From positions 51,708,001 through 51,772,000 of the forward strand of contig OX597825.1 in assembly GCA_951406725.2 (NCBI GenBank): a stretch of DNA of 64,000 nt. The letters run 5' to 3'. The notes below the pieces were generated by a model. It worked only from the letters and a program-made list of their open reading frames with translations, was not told the origin of the DNA and made no database searches. The stretch's first letter is position 1. Each line of letters starts with the position of its first letter. The DNA comes from Octopus vulgaris. Taxonomy: Eukaryota. This document shows positions 52,828 through 64,000 of this stretch, one piece after another. A program made the position numbers and the translations under genes.

Positions 52828-55526
52828 GAATGCAACTGCTTGGAAGATAAACCTTAATTAGGCATTCATAGTTTGTAATATATTGTCAAAATTTACGTTG
52901 CTCGAAACGTAAAACATCAGTTATAAAAGTTGATAAAATTAAAGGGAAACAATTGATAAAATATTGATAAAAATACATTAAAATTGCCAGAAAATTAATA
53001 ATACAAGCAAGATTAATATAACAAATTGAGTTAAATTATGTAAGTCTGCACAAACGCTCTTTTGAATAGCGGTACCATGTATAATGTTGCATGTGTTGTT
53101 AGACTTATTTATATATTAATTCTTGTGTGTCACTGTCACCTTTCGTTTGCTTTGAACAACCTTAGACTATCGTATCTAGCAGATATTTTCATTTCCTCTA
53201 TCAATATGGAGTCGACTTTATTTTTCGGTTTTGGTAACGTTTTATGTTCCAGACCCCTTTCCTTGTAACTGTAAGGACTTTGAAAGCACTCACTATGCCA
53301 AATTTACGATTTAATAGTGAGGGTTCTAAAATTTTGAATCAAATTTCCAGTGCCTCAGCCTTCCCTTAATATTGCCTTTGCAACACAACAGTAGTCTCCT
53401 TCATTACGTGCCCCGTAACAGCACGTTTGCGCACGCAACAAGAAGATTTTCATGATACACTTTTCAAGAACGTTCCCGTGTGGTGGTTTATTATACCATG
53501 AAATGTTACGTATTGGCCGTCGAGTAAGTAAATCCTAGTACTGTGTCCACATTTCACATTGTTACAATGATGAATCTGGATCTTCACTTTAAGTGAAAAA
53601 TGATATCTTCCGAAGTAATACTGTAATAAATCTTCTTCCAAAAGTTATGCTGAGTTCCAAATGGTGACTACTGAAAGAAGTGCGGACTTCTAGAATTAGT
53701 ACTGATTCTTTAAAGAATTCTTGCCTGCCAAGAGAAATGCTAGCTAAATTGTGAACTAGTAGAGAATTGCAAGAATTTCAGTATTTTTCTTCGATCAATT
53801 TGAAACTTTTTTTTGTTTGAATGTATTTATTTTTCTTTTGTTAAACATAAGTAGCAGCGATGTAATATTGACGATAACAGAAGTCATATACCAAACCTTA
53901 AAACCCATTTTATTTTCATAAAACCATTAATATATTTAAAAAATATTAAATCATATGTCTTTATACCAGAATACTGAATATTCTATGTTATGGCTTCGAA
54001 ATTTCTTTACTCAAACCCGTTGTTTTTGGTGTTTGTTTACTGGCTTTAACTCTACAACTAATATAAATCAGATATTATTTTAATACATAGAAACTGATAA
54101 TAAAATAAATCCTGAGAAATTGCCTACTTGAAATTTTGCAATAAATATCTTATTTGGAAAATAGCATTGCCCGGAGCATAATCAAGGCTGAATATAAACA
54201 ATTAGTTGTCTAATTAATCTGATCAACAATCACAGTTAGACAACTAATTAACCTCACTTGAAAAAAGAATCAAGAAACTCAATTAGCTAAGGTCAGCTAA
54301 AGTTAACCTGTTTTAATATAGAGAGAATACATAATTGGAATTGCTTGGAATATCTCGCTAATTTAGATGTAGGTCATTATACGTTGTTGAACATACCTAC
54401 CATTACTTCTTTAGAATACAGTGGAATATCTGCATAAATATGTTGGATTAGCAAATGTGTTGCTTCCCTCTTCTTGGATTCTTTGGTGGTTGTTTCGTTT
54501 GTTTTCTCAAAAATTGTGTAACTAATTACCAGAAATGTTTTAGTAACATTGAGCAACACGTGACTGAAGCTTATTGATAAGAGAAACCAGTGTAACCAAA
54601 TAGTGCCAGGTGACATAACTTGAGATCAACCTTTTCAAACATATCACCGTTGACACTCTATAATAGCCATGGCCTAACATTTAATTGATAATTAGCTCCG
54701 TTCATCTGGATAAACATTTATATTGTAAGTTACAAACAATAGTTCGAAGATACAGCAGCAGTATTACATATTTTGTTGGTTTGTTATGCTGTGTTCAACA
54801 AATTTTGTGATCAGTGTACCTTCGAAAAATGACCTTTGCGACGTTGTCTTTCTCTTCATGATGACTTAGTTATATTCTTGGTATAATTCTTACCATGATT
54901 CTTAATGATTCTTAATGATTTTACTAAATTGCTGAAAGTATGGGAGTCTAAATGATGTCATATTCGCTTTTTCCTGTAATTTGAAGGATATCTAAATAAA
55001 TGTAAACTTCTTACAAAATAAAGTTTGGTTTTTATTCTCTGGTTAAACATTATTGTTACTGTTGTATTTCGAGATAGTCATTTTATTTATTAATTATTTA
55101 TTGCTAAATAAACGCACGCACTATATATATTTTTCTTCACTCGTTTATTATTGTTCATATTTTATTATTTTAATTCATGTCCATTGTCTGTGTGTGTTTA
55201 TGTGTGTGCATAGGTTCGCTTGGTATGGATCCATGCCCTTTATATAGTTTTATTTATATATTTTATCTATCTTTGTTTTACATTTATCATAGGTATGCGG
55301 CAGATATATTTATGTTTATTTATGTTTATTTATCTATTTACTTATTTACTTTTGTTTATACATCTATCTCTATTTCTCATAAGTGCCACAGGCATGTGCA
55401 TATATATCTATTGTGTGTGTATTATCTTGTATGTTTCTGTGTATTATTTACGGGTTTTCACTTCTTTTCCCCTTTTCCCTCTCGCTTTACATTCCTACTT
55501 TCTTTGGTCAGGTGGTGTTGTGTTTT

Positions 55527-55792
55527 CCATTCATGTTTTCTATTGAGGCTCGGTTTGTCGACTGTTATGTAGTCTAAGTGTCGATAGTACTTTAGCCTCT
55601 ATACTGTTAATCGATCCGCCATGTTCTGCCTGAGCATGTTGGTAGAGCACTGACGTGCTTTTCCCTTCTTTGAGGACTCGCCAATGGTCTCCTATGCTGC
55701 GCGCAGTCTCTCCTATGTAGGTAGTTCTCCTGTTTCTGCACCGTCCCTCAGAACATCTTAAGCTGTTCACTATATTTCTAACCTTACAGTTA
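55527..55792 (-). mobile_element. Penelope-like GIY-YIG endonuclease fragment
   Basis: CKVRNIVNSLRCSEGRCRNRRTTYIGETARSIGDHWRVLKEGKSTSVLYQHAQAEH, then after a frameshift DYITVDKPSLNRKHEW. Confidence 0.85.
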
Positions 55793-57949
55793 ATTTGTGG
55801 GTTAATAAAATAATAAAATAGGAAAATAAGAACAGTAATAAGCAATAGAAGAAAAAATATACAGTGCATGTGTTTATTTGGAAAAATAAGTACAATGACC
55901 GTCCCGAAATACAACAATATCTGCTTCAACACACGATTTCGAATCAGGAATCTTGCAAAAGTGATTTGATAAACGTATTATTGTTACATTTTTGTATATT
56001 TAAGGAGGTGTAATCCTGTACAGAAGTACATTTGGTCGTGTTTGTTTTACTGGTGTTTTCTAATTCTAATGTGTGTCCTGACCGATAATATTGCCATTGC
56101 TGTTGTTTAGTTCCTATGTAGACAGAATTAGAGAATATTGTAGCTACTTTTGTTGTCTGGTTCCTATGAAGGCTCTGATAGAAATACCTCAAAATTCAAA
56201 GATGTTCTAACTATAACCATCTCCTCTTTCCATGCTTAATGTATCTACGCTCGTTTATAACAGTGTAGTAATAAACGCTGTAATATAGTACTTAGGTTTT
56301 GCAGTCGGTGCAACATCGAATCTCCCTCGTTGATTCAAATGCATTACCTATAATTGATTCCAAGATGCATAGTAACTTATTTTATGATTTCCAAATAAAA
56401 GCTAAAGCATAGAACCAGCAAGTTTTGAACTGAGATTGTGAAGACAAAGACCTAAATGCACTAAATTGGTTTAGTTCTATGCTTGGCTGTTTCTAGCTGT
56501 GCACCACCTCACCGCTTCCTTTTATATTGCTGGGCTTATTATTCTGCATCGTTTTCATTTCAATAAAGATAACCTTGCATCAGTTTGCTGGCAAAATCTG
56601 TGTGCTGTGCACTCAAATTAAACTGGCGATATTTTTCTATGAAATATTTTGGCCTCGAACTGAACTAAATGTATGTAAAGGATGTGATAAGAAGAATGGT
56701 AGACAATGGAAGCATAAAGAATGTTGATTCGCCGAACTTCAGGAAGTGAATCAGTATTTCGCTTATGCAAATACTGTATTGACAATGTAACTAAAATATA
56801 GAACAGCTAACCTACAGCGATATGATATTGTAATCTGATTATATAAATTTGATTAGTCAGTTGGGGAGAGTAACTCAGCCCTTGGGAATTAGATGCTACA
56901 ATATGTTTGCGTTGATGGTGGAATGTTGGTTCAGTAAGTAATATTCCTTAATGATGTGGTTTTGTGGAGAAAATAATAGAGTAATTAGATGAGAAGAGCG
57001 TCTAATAAATTTGCGAAAAATAACGACTGCAGATTGTTTGCCAACTATCATATAAGAAAAATCATTCCTTACAATGTTTTCATTATGTTGAACTTAGCAA
57101 CTATGAAGTCTTTCGGTAACACGTCTGGAATTTTTAACACGTTTTCACCTTTTGATCTGCCGATAGTCTATAGTTTTATATCACTTGGGTCTAGTTGCAC
57201 ATGAATAGAAATGATAAAGTTAGTATTATATAGGTAATTCTCATATTTTCTCTGTCCTTCTTTCTCTCTCTCTCCCTCTACAAACATTCATGTGATACTA
57301 CACTCACAACTGCATTCCTTTAAACGTCGTCAATATTTGCTTTTTGCTTGACCAAATCAGATGGCTGATAGACATAAACTTTTCAGTTCTTCTTCGTGCA
57401 GCAAAGACAAGAAGTTATTCTTTGGGGACAGACTTCTTCCGAATGATTGCAATAAAGCAAAGCCCATTTGCGACACCAAAAGAGTGTGATGGAATTGACA
57501 GTTTATGTGTTCTTCCCAAAATAGAAGTGTTTTTTTTTCTGACTGCCTTTTAGAAAGACCTTCCTATTCCATTCCAAACAATCTGCGCTTACTACTGTTA
57601 CCTCAATATATTACGTCGGTCATTTCTATAACACTGCAACATTTACTATCCCATTGTTTTCACCACTATACCACCGCAGAGGCTACCATCCAAACGTCTT
57701 CTATATTTGTGTAAAGCAACCAATTCAATTACGCTTCATTTAGGTTACTACAAGGTTACTAATCGTTACTGACAATTTCATACATGTAAATTCTGAGCAC
57801 CACCATTTTATTTAGTGTAAGTATATAGGTTACTACTGGTTCCCGACATATGATACACATAATCATCGGTTACAAACAAACCCTTTATATGACAAATAAA
57901 TACCAACAAGCATAAGTATAAACCCTGCTTACTAATATTTAATAGCTAT

Positions 57950-58162
57950 AGGTGGCGAGCAGGCAGAATCATTAGCATTCTGTAGGAAACACTTAGTGGC
58001 ATTTCGTCAGTTTTTAGGATTTGAGTGCAAATGTAGCCGGAGTTGACCTAATCTTTCATCCTTTGGGAGTCGATAAAATAAGTAACAACTGAGTACTGGA
58101 GTCGATCGAATCGACTTAGCCCCACCCTAAAAATTGCTGGCCTTGTGCCAAAATTTGAAACC
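57950..58162 (+). mobile_element. tRNA-derived SINE family B
   Basis: AGGTGGCGAGCAGGCAGAATCATTAGCA..CTTTCATCCTTT..AATTGCTGGCCTTGTGCCAAAATTTGAAACC. Confidence 0.85.
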
Positions 58163-59270
58163 AATATTTCATGGCAGTGCTTTTGGTTTATCAACTCTTA
58201 TAGTTATCACCACTGGCTGATAGCATTTCATAGATATCACTACTTGATTACAACCCTCTCATTATGTAAGCACCAACTGCCAACGGTGTCTAAATATTAT
58301 CATGAGTTATCAGTCCTCCATGCATCTAATCTCAGCTTACAAGCACTTCACACAGATAACCACCGGTTATGAATATTTCCTGCAGGTAACTATAGTTAAA
58401 TAAAATAACATTTTATTGCAATTTGTGAACAAAAACGTTGTTACTTTAAAGTTTAGAGTGTTAGCCACAGTATTCTTTCTGATCAATCAATTTCTTGCGG
58501 TGAACTTGACAAGAGTGTGTCCTTAACTCAGTCAAAGCAAATATTGCAAGTCAGTTTATTTCTAAAGTACTGGTTTTCCAGTTTATCCAACCGATATTCT
58601 GTATCTTTCATACATGTAGCTGGTGGGTATCAACACTGCTGACAACATCTTGTACTAAATGGAATGGGTATTATAAAACTGTAAATCCGTGTTTCTTGCA
58701 CGGATGACTCTTCATGCATTATTTTGTGGTGGGACAAGTTACGCTGTTGGACGATAGCAGGACACGAAATTACTTTACTTTGCCATCTATCGTTATACAC
58801 TCAATTTAAAGGTCGTCGTACAAATACTATTACTGCAGCCGTTACCACCATCACTATAACACCCACCACCACCACCACCACCACCACCACTACTACTACT
58901 ACTACAGCACAACTCTACATTACTCATGGCACCACATTTCGCAAGAAATTATGCTGACCTCAAGGCGGTTCTCTTGTTATATCAAAAAACAACTATTTAT
59001 CTTGGAGCGAGATATATATTTAACTTGTTTTACCTAATAGACAACTATGTGCTGTGTAGTTTATTCTGTGTTCTTTCAATGAGCCCAAAGAGAAATTTTT
59101 TTTCTAGCAAAATATTTGAATATAGAAGTTTATCATAAAAATGCCTGCTTCTAAACGTATGCAAATTTGTTTGATACGTTATATGTATACATGTGCGCGT
59201 CTGTATATGTTTGCGTGAAAGTCTGTATATCTATCTATTTCCCATCTCTAAAACACACGTATATATGCAT

Positions 59271-59272
<2 letters not shown>

Positions 59273-59364
<92 letters not shown>
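59273..59364. repeat. (GT)n microsatellite
   Basis: About 45 perfect GT units. Confidence 0.95.
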
Positions 59365-59366
<2 letters not shown>

Positions 59367-60704
59367 ATATACGCAACAACAATCAGTTGTGAAGCATATT
59401 GTTCTGCAATTTTCCAGTACCTTTCGATACGTGACCCTTTAGTTTACTGACGGGATAAGACAGGTATGGAAAGGTTTTAATTCCCTTGATCTGATGGATG
59501 CACTATAGATTCTGAAAGAACTGACGTTTGTAAATATCAATGGTTAAAATCATGGAAAAGCTTATATACCTTTTTATATACTAATGATTTGTAGAGGCAA
59601 AATACAATAGCACCTCACTCCAAATATTAGGGTATTAAAAATTCTGGATCTGACCATATAACGCAATTACCTTCCCCACTCACCTTCACTATCAACATAA
59701 GGACATCCTAATGTCCAAATACTTGGTGACAAAGAAAGAATGTACAATAACTATTCCAACATAATGACACATAATGTTTTTTAAACCATACTAAAAACTC
59801 AGTATAAATGCAAACACGATGTAACGAGCTTTCAGAAGGTAAATAAAAGGCCGAGTACATTACCCCACACCCCACATGCTAAAATATCCTGTAGCAATTT
59901 TTAAAAATCGCTAGGCTAATTTCTATCCAAACTTAAATGTAAATTAAGCAAACACTTTAAATGTGATTTCGAAGTATATCGCAAACACATTCTCGACACA
60001 GTTGTACTTTGAAATAGAAGGAATGGAACTGCAGTGCAGACATTTAATCAGATATTTCTACTCTCCCTCACCTACTGAGAATCTTACTGGACCCCAGGAG
60101 AAGATTTATCGCAATTAACAAACCATGACAGGTTCATAATGCATACTAGGGCGATTCCTATTGGGTCAAAATGAGTGTGTTTCCTTATATCTATACGGAC
60201 TATAACGGAACTGAAGAATTCAGTCTCGGAAGAAAGTTCATCACTGATAACCTTAGAATGCGTACTACTCCTCATAGCTCTGCCTGTATTCTTTGATTGG
60301 ATATAGAGAGGGTTGATATCTTTGCTGAATCATACAACATGAATGACCAAGCGTCTCACAGACATTATAGAAAAGAATTAATATTTATACTCAAGATATT
60401 TCTTTTATATATATCCACTAGCACCACATTGATAATATATAGCATTTTACATAAAACATTAGATTTAAACACAAGTAAACATTGCGGTTGCAGACGATAG
60501 TGTTTGCAAAAGCAGCAAGTAAGGGTGATGGCAACTACGATATTATCTGATCCAGAGTTTTGTAAAATTAATACAATGGGGATAGGAGATCTTATCGTTG
60601 TAGCCACATAATGAAGCCATCAAAAGAAAGGCTCAGAACTTGACAACTCTGTTGCCATTTTGAAGCGCAGCGTACATGGATATCATATTGTTATAATCTG
60701 TTAG

Positions 60705-60851
60705 TATTTACATTATTTACATTTGACGGATATTTGTCCTTATCTTCTTTGTTGTTAAAACAACGTTTCGGCTGATGTACCCTCCAGCCTTCGTCAGGTG
60801 TCTTGGGAAATTTCAAACCTGGGTTCTCATCCCTAAGGTATTTTTCGATGC

Positions 60852-60852
<1 letters not shown>
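60705..60852 (-). mobile_element. HHR-containing 3' arm of a tRNA-headed element (left copy)
   Basis: Reverse complement of 62741-62885. Confidence 0.8.
60757..60802 (-). ncRNA. Minimal type I hammerhead ribozyme
   Basis: Minus strand: GACAC CTGACGA A GGCTG GAGGGTACAT CAGCC GAAAC GTT GTTTT. The core is intact, stem II is a perfect 5 bp, stem III is palindromic ACGT and stem I pairs at 4/5. Confidence 0.75.
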
Positions 60853-60930
<78 letters not shown>

Positions 60931-60955
60931 ATTATTATTATTATAGTTATTATTA

Positions 60956-62198
60956 TTCAGTAGTTTTAGTTTTATTTTTATAGCGTGCTTTCATTTCACT
61001 ACCGAGTGCAGATCTGTGTGCCTTGGGTATGTGTTGTGTTTTGCTGTGATGTTCTTATGGTTACTGTGTTGAAAGTGTTTTGCGTAGGATGTGTGCAGTA
61101 CCTAGTAGTGCAATTTTCTGAATGTTATATATATTTGTAAGTTCTGGTGTTTTTGTTATGTATTTGTCTGAATATTTTTTTATCATACTTAATGCGCCTA
61201 CTATGATAGGAATTGTTTCTGTTTTTAGATTCCACATTCGAGTTACCTCTATTTCCAGGTCTTTGTATTTTGAAAGTTTCTCCATTTCTTTTAGAGACAC
61301 GTTGTCAGATGCTGGTATTGATTGATACATAAATTAGAAAGCTTTTTCCTCTTGATGAACTCTGACAACTATATCTGGCCTATTGGCCGTAATTTCTCTA
61401 TCTCTGTGTATTGGCATATCCCAGAGTATGGTTGCTTTCTCGTTTTCTGTGACCTTTTATGGCCTGTGCCTATACCATCACTTTTCTGTTGTTATTCCAT
61501 AGTGTTGGCATAGATTCCTGTGTATGTAGGTCCCAACTCTGTCGTGTCTGTGAATATATTCCTTTTTAGCCATGGCTGGGCAGCCAGAGATGATATGAAT
61601 TATTGATTGTTGTCCATCCACATATTCTGCAGTTACTTGTTATGTTTGTTTTCATTACATGTTTTTGGTAATTTCTGGTGAGTAGGCTTTGCTCTTGTGC
61701 TGCAATTAAAAATCCTTCAGCCTCTGCTTTGAATCCTGAGCTTCTCCACCATTGCTGGGATTTTTCTGTCTATTTCGTTTGCATTTAGTTTAGCCCGGTA
61801 ATTGCCATGAAGGGGCTTTTCTTGCCTTCGTTTTATCATGGTCCGTTGCTAATCTAGTTTTAGTTTGGATTTCATTTGTTTTATAGCTTTTGTTGTGTTT
61901 TCTTCTTCTTCTTCTTCTTCTTCTTCTTCTTCTTCTTCTTCTTCTTCTTCTTCTTCTTCTTCATATTTGTTATGTAGTATGATTTCTTGTTCGTATTTGT
62001 CAGCTTCCTTAAATACTGAGAGCAAATTTTTGTTTTGCTCGTGTTTTGTGGCTATTTATATTAGTTTTCCTTGCTTCTGAAATAGGTATTTTTGCAGTCC
62101 TATGGTAGTTGATTTATAATAGTTTTCCAGCTGTATAAGGCCTCTACCACCTCCTATACGTTGTATATATAGCCTTTCTATGTCAGATTTTGGGTGGT

Positions 62199-62199
<1 letters not shown>
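60956..62199 (-). mobile_element. R4/Dong-like retrotransposon, 5'-truncated, with (TAA)n on both sides
   Basis: Minus strand: HHPKSDIERLYIQRIGGGRGL, KPLHG, AEGFLIAAQEQ, CRICG, HIISGCP, RHDRVG, RPDIVV, then ORF 61061-61330 EKLSKYKDLEIEVTRMWNLKTETIPIIVGAL..LGTAHILRKTLSTQ*. Confidence 0.92.
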
Positions 62200-62232
<33 letters not shown>

Positions 62233-62255
62233 CATTATTATTATTATTATTATTT

Positions 62256-62319
62256 TTCAGGTCACTGCCTGGAATCGAACTCGGAATCAAGGGTTAGTAC
62301 CCCGCTCTCTTGACCTGAA
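62256..62319 (-). mobile_element. tRNA-like head fragment at the centre of the inverted pair
   Basis: Minus strand: AAGAGAGCG GGG TACTAA CCC TTGATTCC GAGTTCGATTCC AGGCAG TGACCTGAA (anticodon-like arm plus B box). Bounded by inverted TTCAGGTCA and TGACCTGAA. Confidence 0.65.
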
Positions 62320-62342
62320 TGATAATAGTAATAATAATAATG

Positions 62343-62404
<62 letters not shown>

Positions 62405-62408
<4 letters not shown>

Positions 62409-62575
62409 CACATATAACATACAGAAAATTGCACTACTAGGCACTGCACACATCCTACGCAGAACACTTTCCATACAATAACCATCAGAGCATCACAACA
62501 AATCACAGCACATACCCAAGGCACACAGAGCTGCGCTCGGTAGTGAAGTGAAAGCACGCTATAAAAATAAAACTA

Positions 62576-62580
<5 letters not shown>
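62405..62580 (+). mobile_element. R4/Dong-like retrotransposon, extreme 5' truncation (176 bp), inside (TAA)n
   Basis: Differs from 22-193 by only about two small indels. Confidence 0.9.
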
Positions 62581-62645
<65 letters not shown>

Positions 62646-62646
62646 A

Positions 62647-62733
<87 letters not shown>

Positions 62734-62740
62734 TAATAAT

Positions 62741-62920
62741 AGCATCGAAAACTAACTTCGGAATGAGAACCCAGGTTCGAAATTTCCCAAGACACCTGAC
62801 AAAGTCTGGAGGGTATATCAGCCAAAACGTGTTAACAACAAACAAGATGAGGACAAATATCCGTCAAATGTCAACAATGTAAAAACTGTACATAATTCCT
62901 CATCTCTTCAATATAGAACT
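62741..62920 (+). mobile_element. HHR-containing 3' arm of a tRNA-headed element (right copy, core mutated)
   Basis: AGCATCGAAA..GAGAACCCAGGTTCGAAATTTCCCAA GACAC CTGACAA AGTCTG GAGGGTATAT CAGCC AAAAC GTGTT AACAACAAAC..ACAAATATCCGTCAAATGT. Confidence 0.8.
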
Positions 62921-63895
62921 GTGTTAGGATTTGTTTCGATACAAATTTGGCTCCCATGTATAGTACAAGGTTCAAGGACTGCTGAGAGGCTTCTTTGATT
63001 ACTGGTAATTACGATTTCGTTATCAGTTCCATTGTGAAGGTTGTCTTTGAACGTTATGGAGGGAGGTGATTCGGAAGGATGTTTACTGTGGATACTTCTG
63101 ATAACCAAAATAATTTCCTAAAGACGTTACAATTCTCAAAACTTCACTACAAACAAAAGGAGAGAAAATATATATCCGATACAGTTCTCTATGATCTCTG
63201 CCACAACAAAATAGGAGCCGTCAGGGATTCCAAAAATGGTAAATATAGATTGTCTGTTAATTTATGCAGGAAAACTTTTTTCAGTATTTAGTTTAATTGT
63301 ATTCTATGTCTATAGAGTCTTAAAATAATAGTTCTTGATTTCTAAAGATGCAAAATTATGTAAATTTCAGCACTTTGCGAATTTTACATTTTGGTGTAGA
63401 ATTACAGCTAATAAGACCCCGTGATACATGAAAAAATGATTCTAAAATTGTTCTTATATTGCTCATTTTAAAAGTATTTTGTGTGGCAAATCTTTTGTCT
63501 GCTCTCGGTTTCTTTGAATGTTTAATTTTGACGAAGAATGTTAACGAGAAAGCTAATTTACATCAATTAGAAAGCTGCTTGCTTTATTGAATAGGAAAAA
63601 GATAATGATAATTGAGTACTGTTAAGTCAACTGGTGGTTTAGAAATAAACAAAGATAAAGAATAATTACAAGTAATAATAATATATAAAATCTCTGACGA
63701 CAATTTCACTTAAATTACATTGTTTTATCTGAAGTCTATCTTGTAGAAGCTCTCTTCTGAAAGTGTTTTACTTTAAAACTGAATCATCTCACAATTTATT
63801 TTAGGAAATATGTGGAAATATGTATATCTATTACTGGATATTGCAAAACATTTAAAGTAAATTTATTTCAGTTATAATATAATATTGAGTGTATA

Positions 63896-63964
<69 letters not shown>

Positions 63965-64000
63965 TTCTCATTGTATATATGCGTATATATTTATAGTTTA

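Noticed and set aside
51350-54620. Several AG/GT-bounded short open frames suggesting host exons
   Set aside because: No consistent reading frame or recognisable protein. A long intron or intergenic region cannot be distinguished from sequence alone.
60080-60360. Possible L1/Tx1 RT remnant (GRKFITDNLR..IL*LDIE) or a minus-strand exon
   Set aside because: Similarity is too weak to call by eye. It needs an HMM search.
62256-62319. Functional tRNA gene (also the heads of SINE families A, B and C)
   Set aside because: The cloverleaf is incomplete, with no acceptor stem or D arm here, and it is fused to repeat bodies.

Overview
AT-rich, microsatellite-saturated eukaryotic DNA with no supportable host gene. 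Nearly all predicted ORFs are (TA)n, (CA)n or (TAA)n artefacts. The repeat families resemble those of coleoid cephalopods, probably Octopus (inference from recalled SINE sequences, not a database search). The window holds: five R4/Dong-like RLE retrotransposon fragments, mostly flanked by (TAA)n; one internally deleted CR1-like LINE; two Penelope-like (PLE) GIY-YIG remnants; three families of tRNA-derived SINEs; maT/DD37D and mariner/DD34D remnants; a hAT-type MITE; and a non-autonomous Helitron. The most interesting signal is a set of type I hammerhead ribozyme (HHR) motifs in several unrelated short elements, often inside microsatellites and often at fold-back junctions. The best example is an inverted pair (60.7-62.9 kb) of a composite element made of a tRNA-like head, a (TAA)n tract and an HHR tail. 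Both of its (TAA)n tracts have been invaded by Dong-like LINEs. Coordinates were read by eye, so element ends are approximate.
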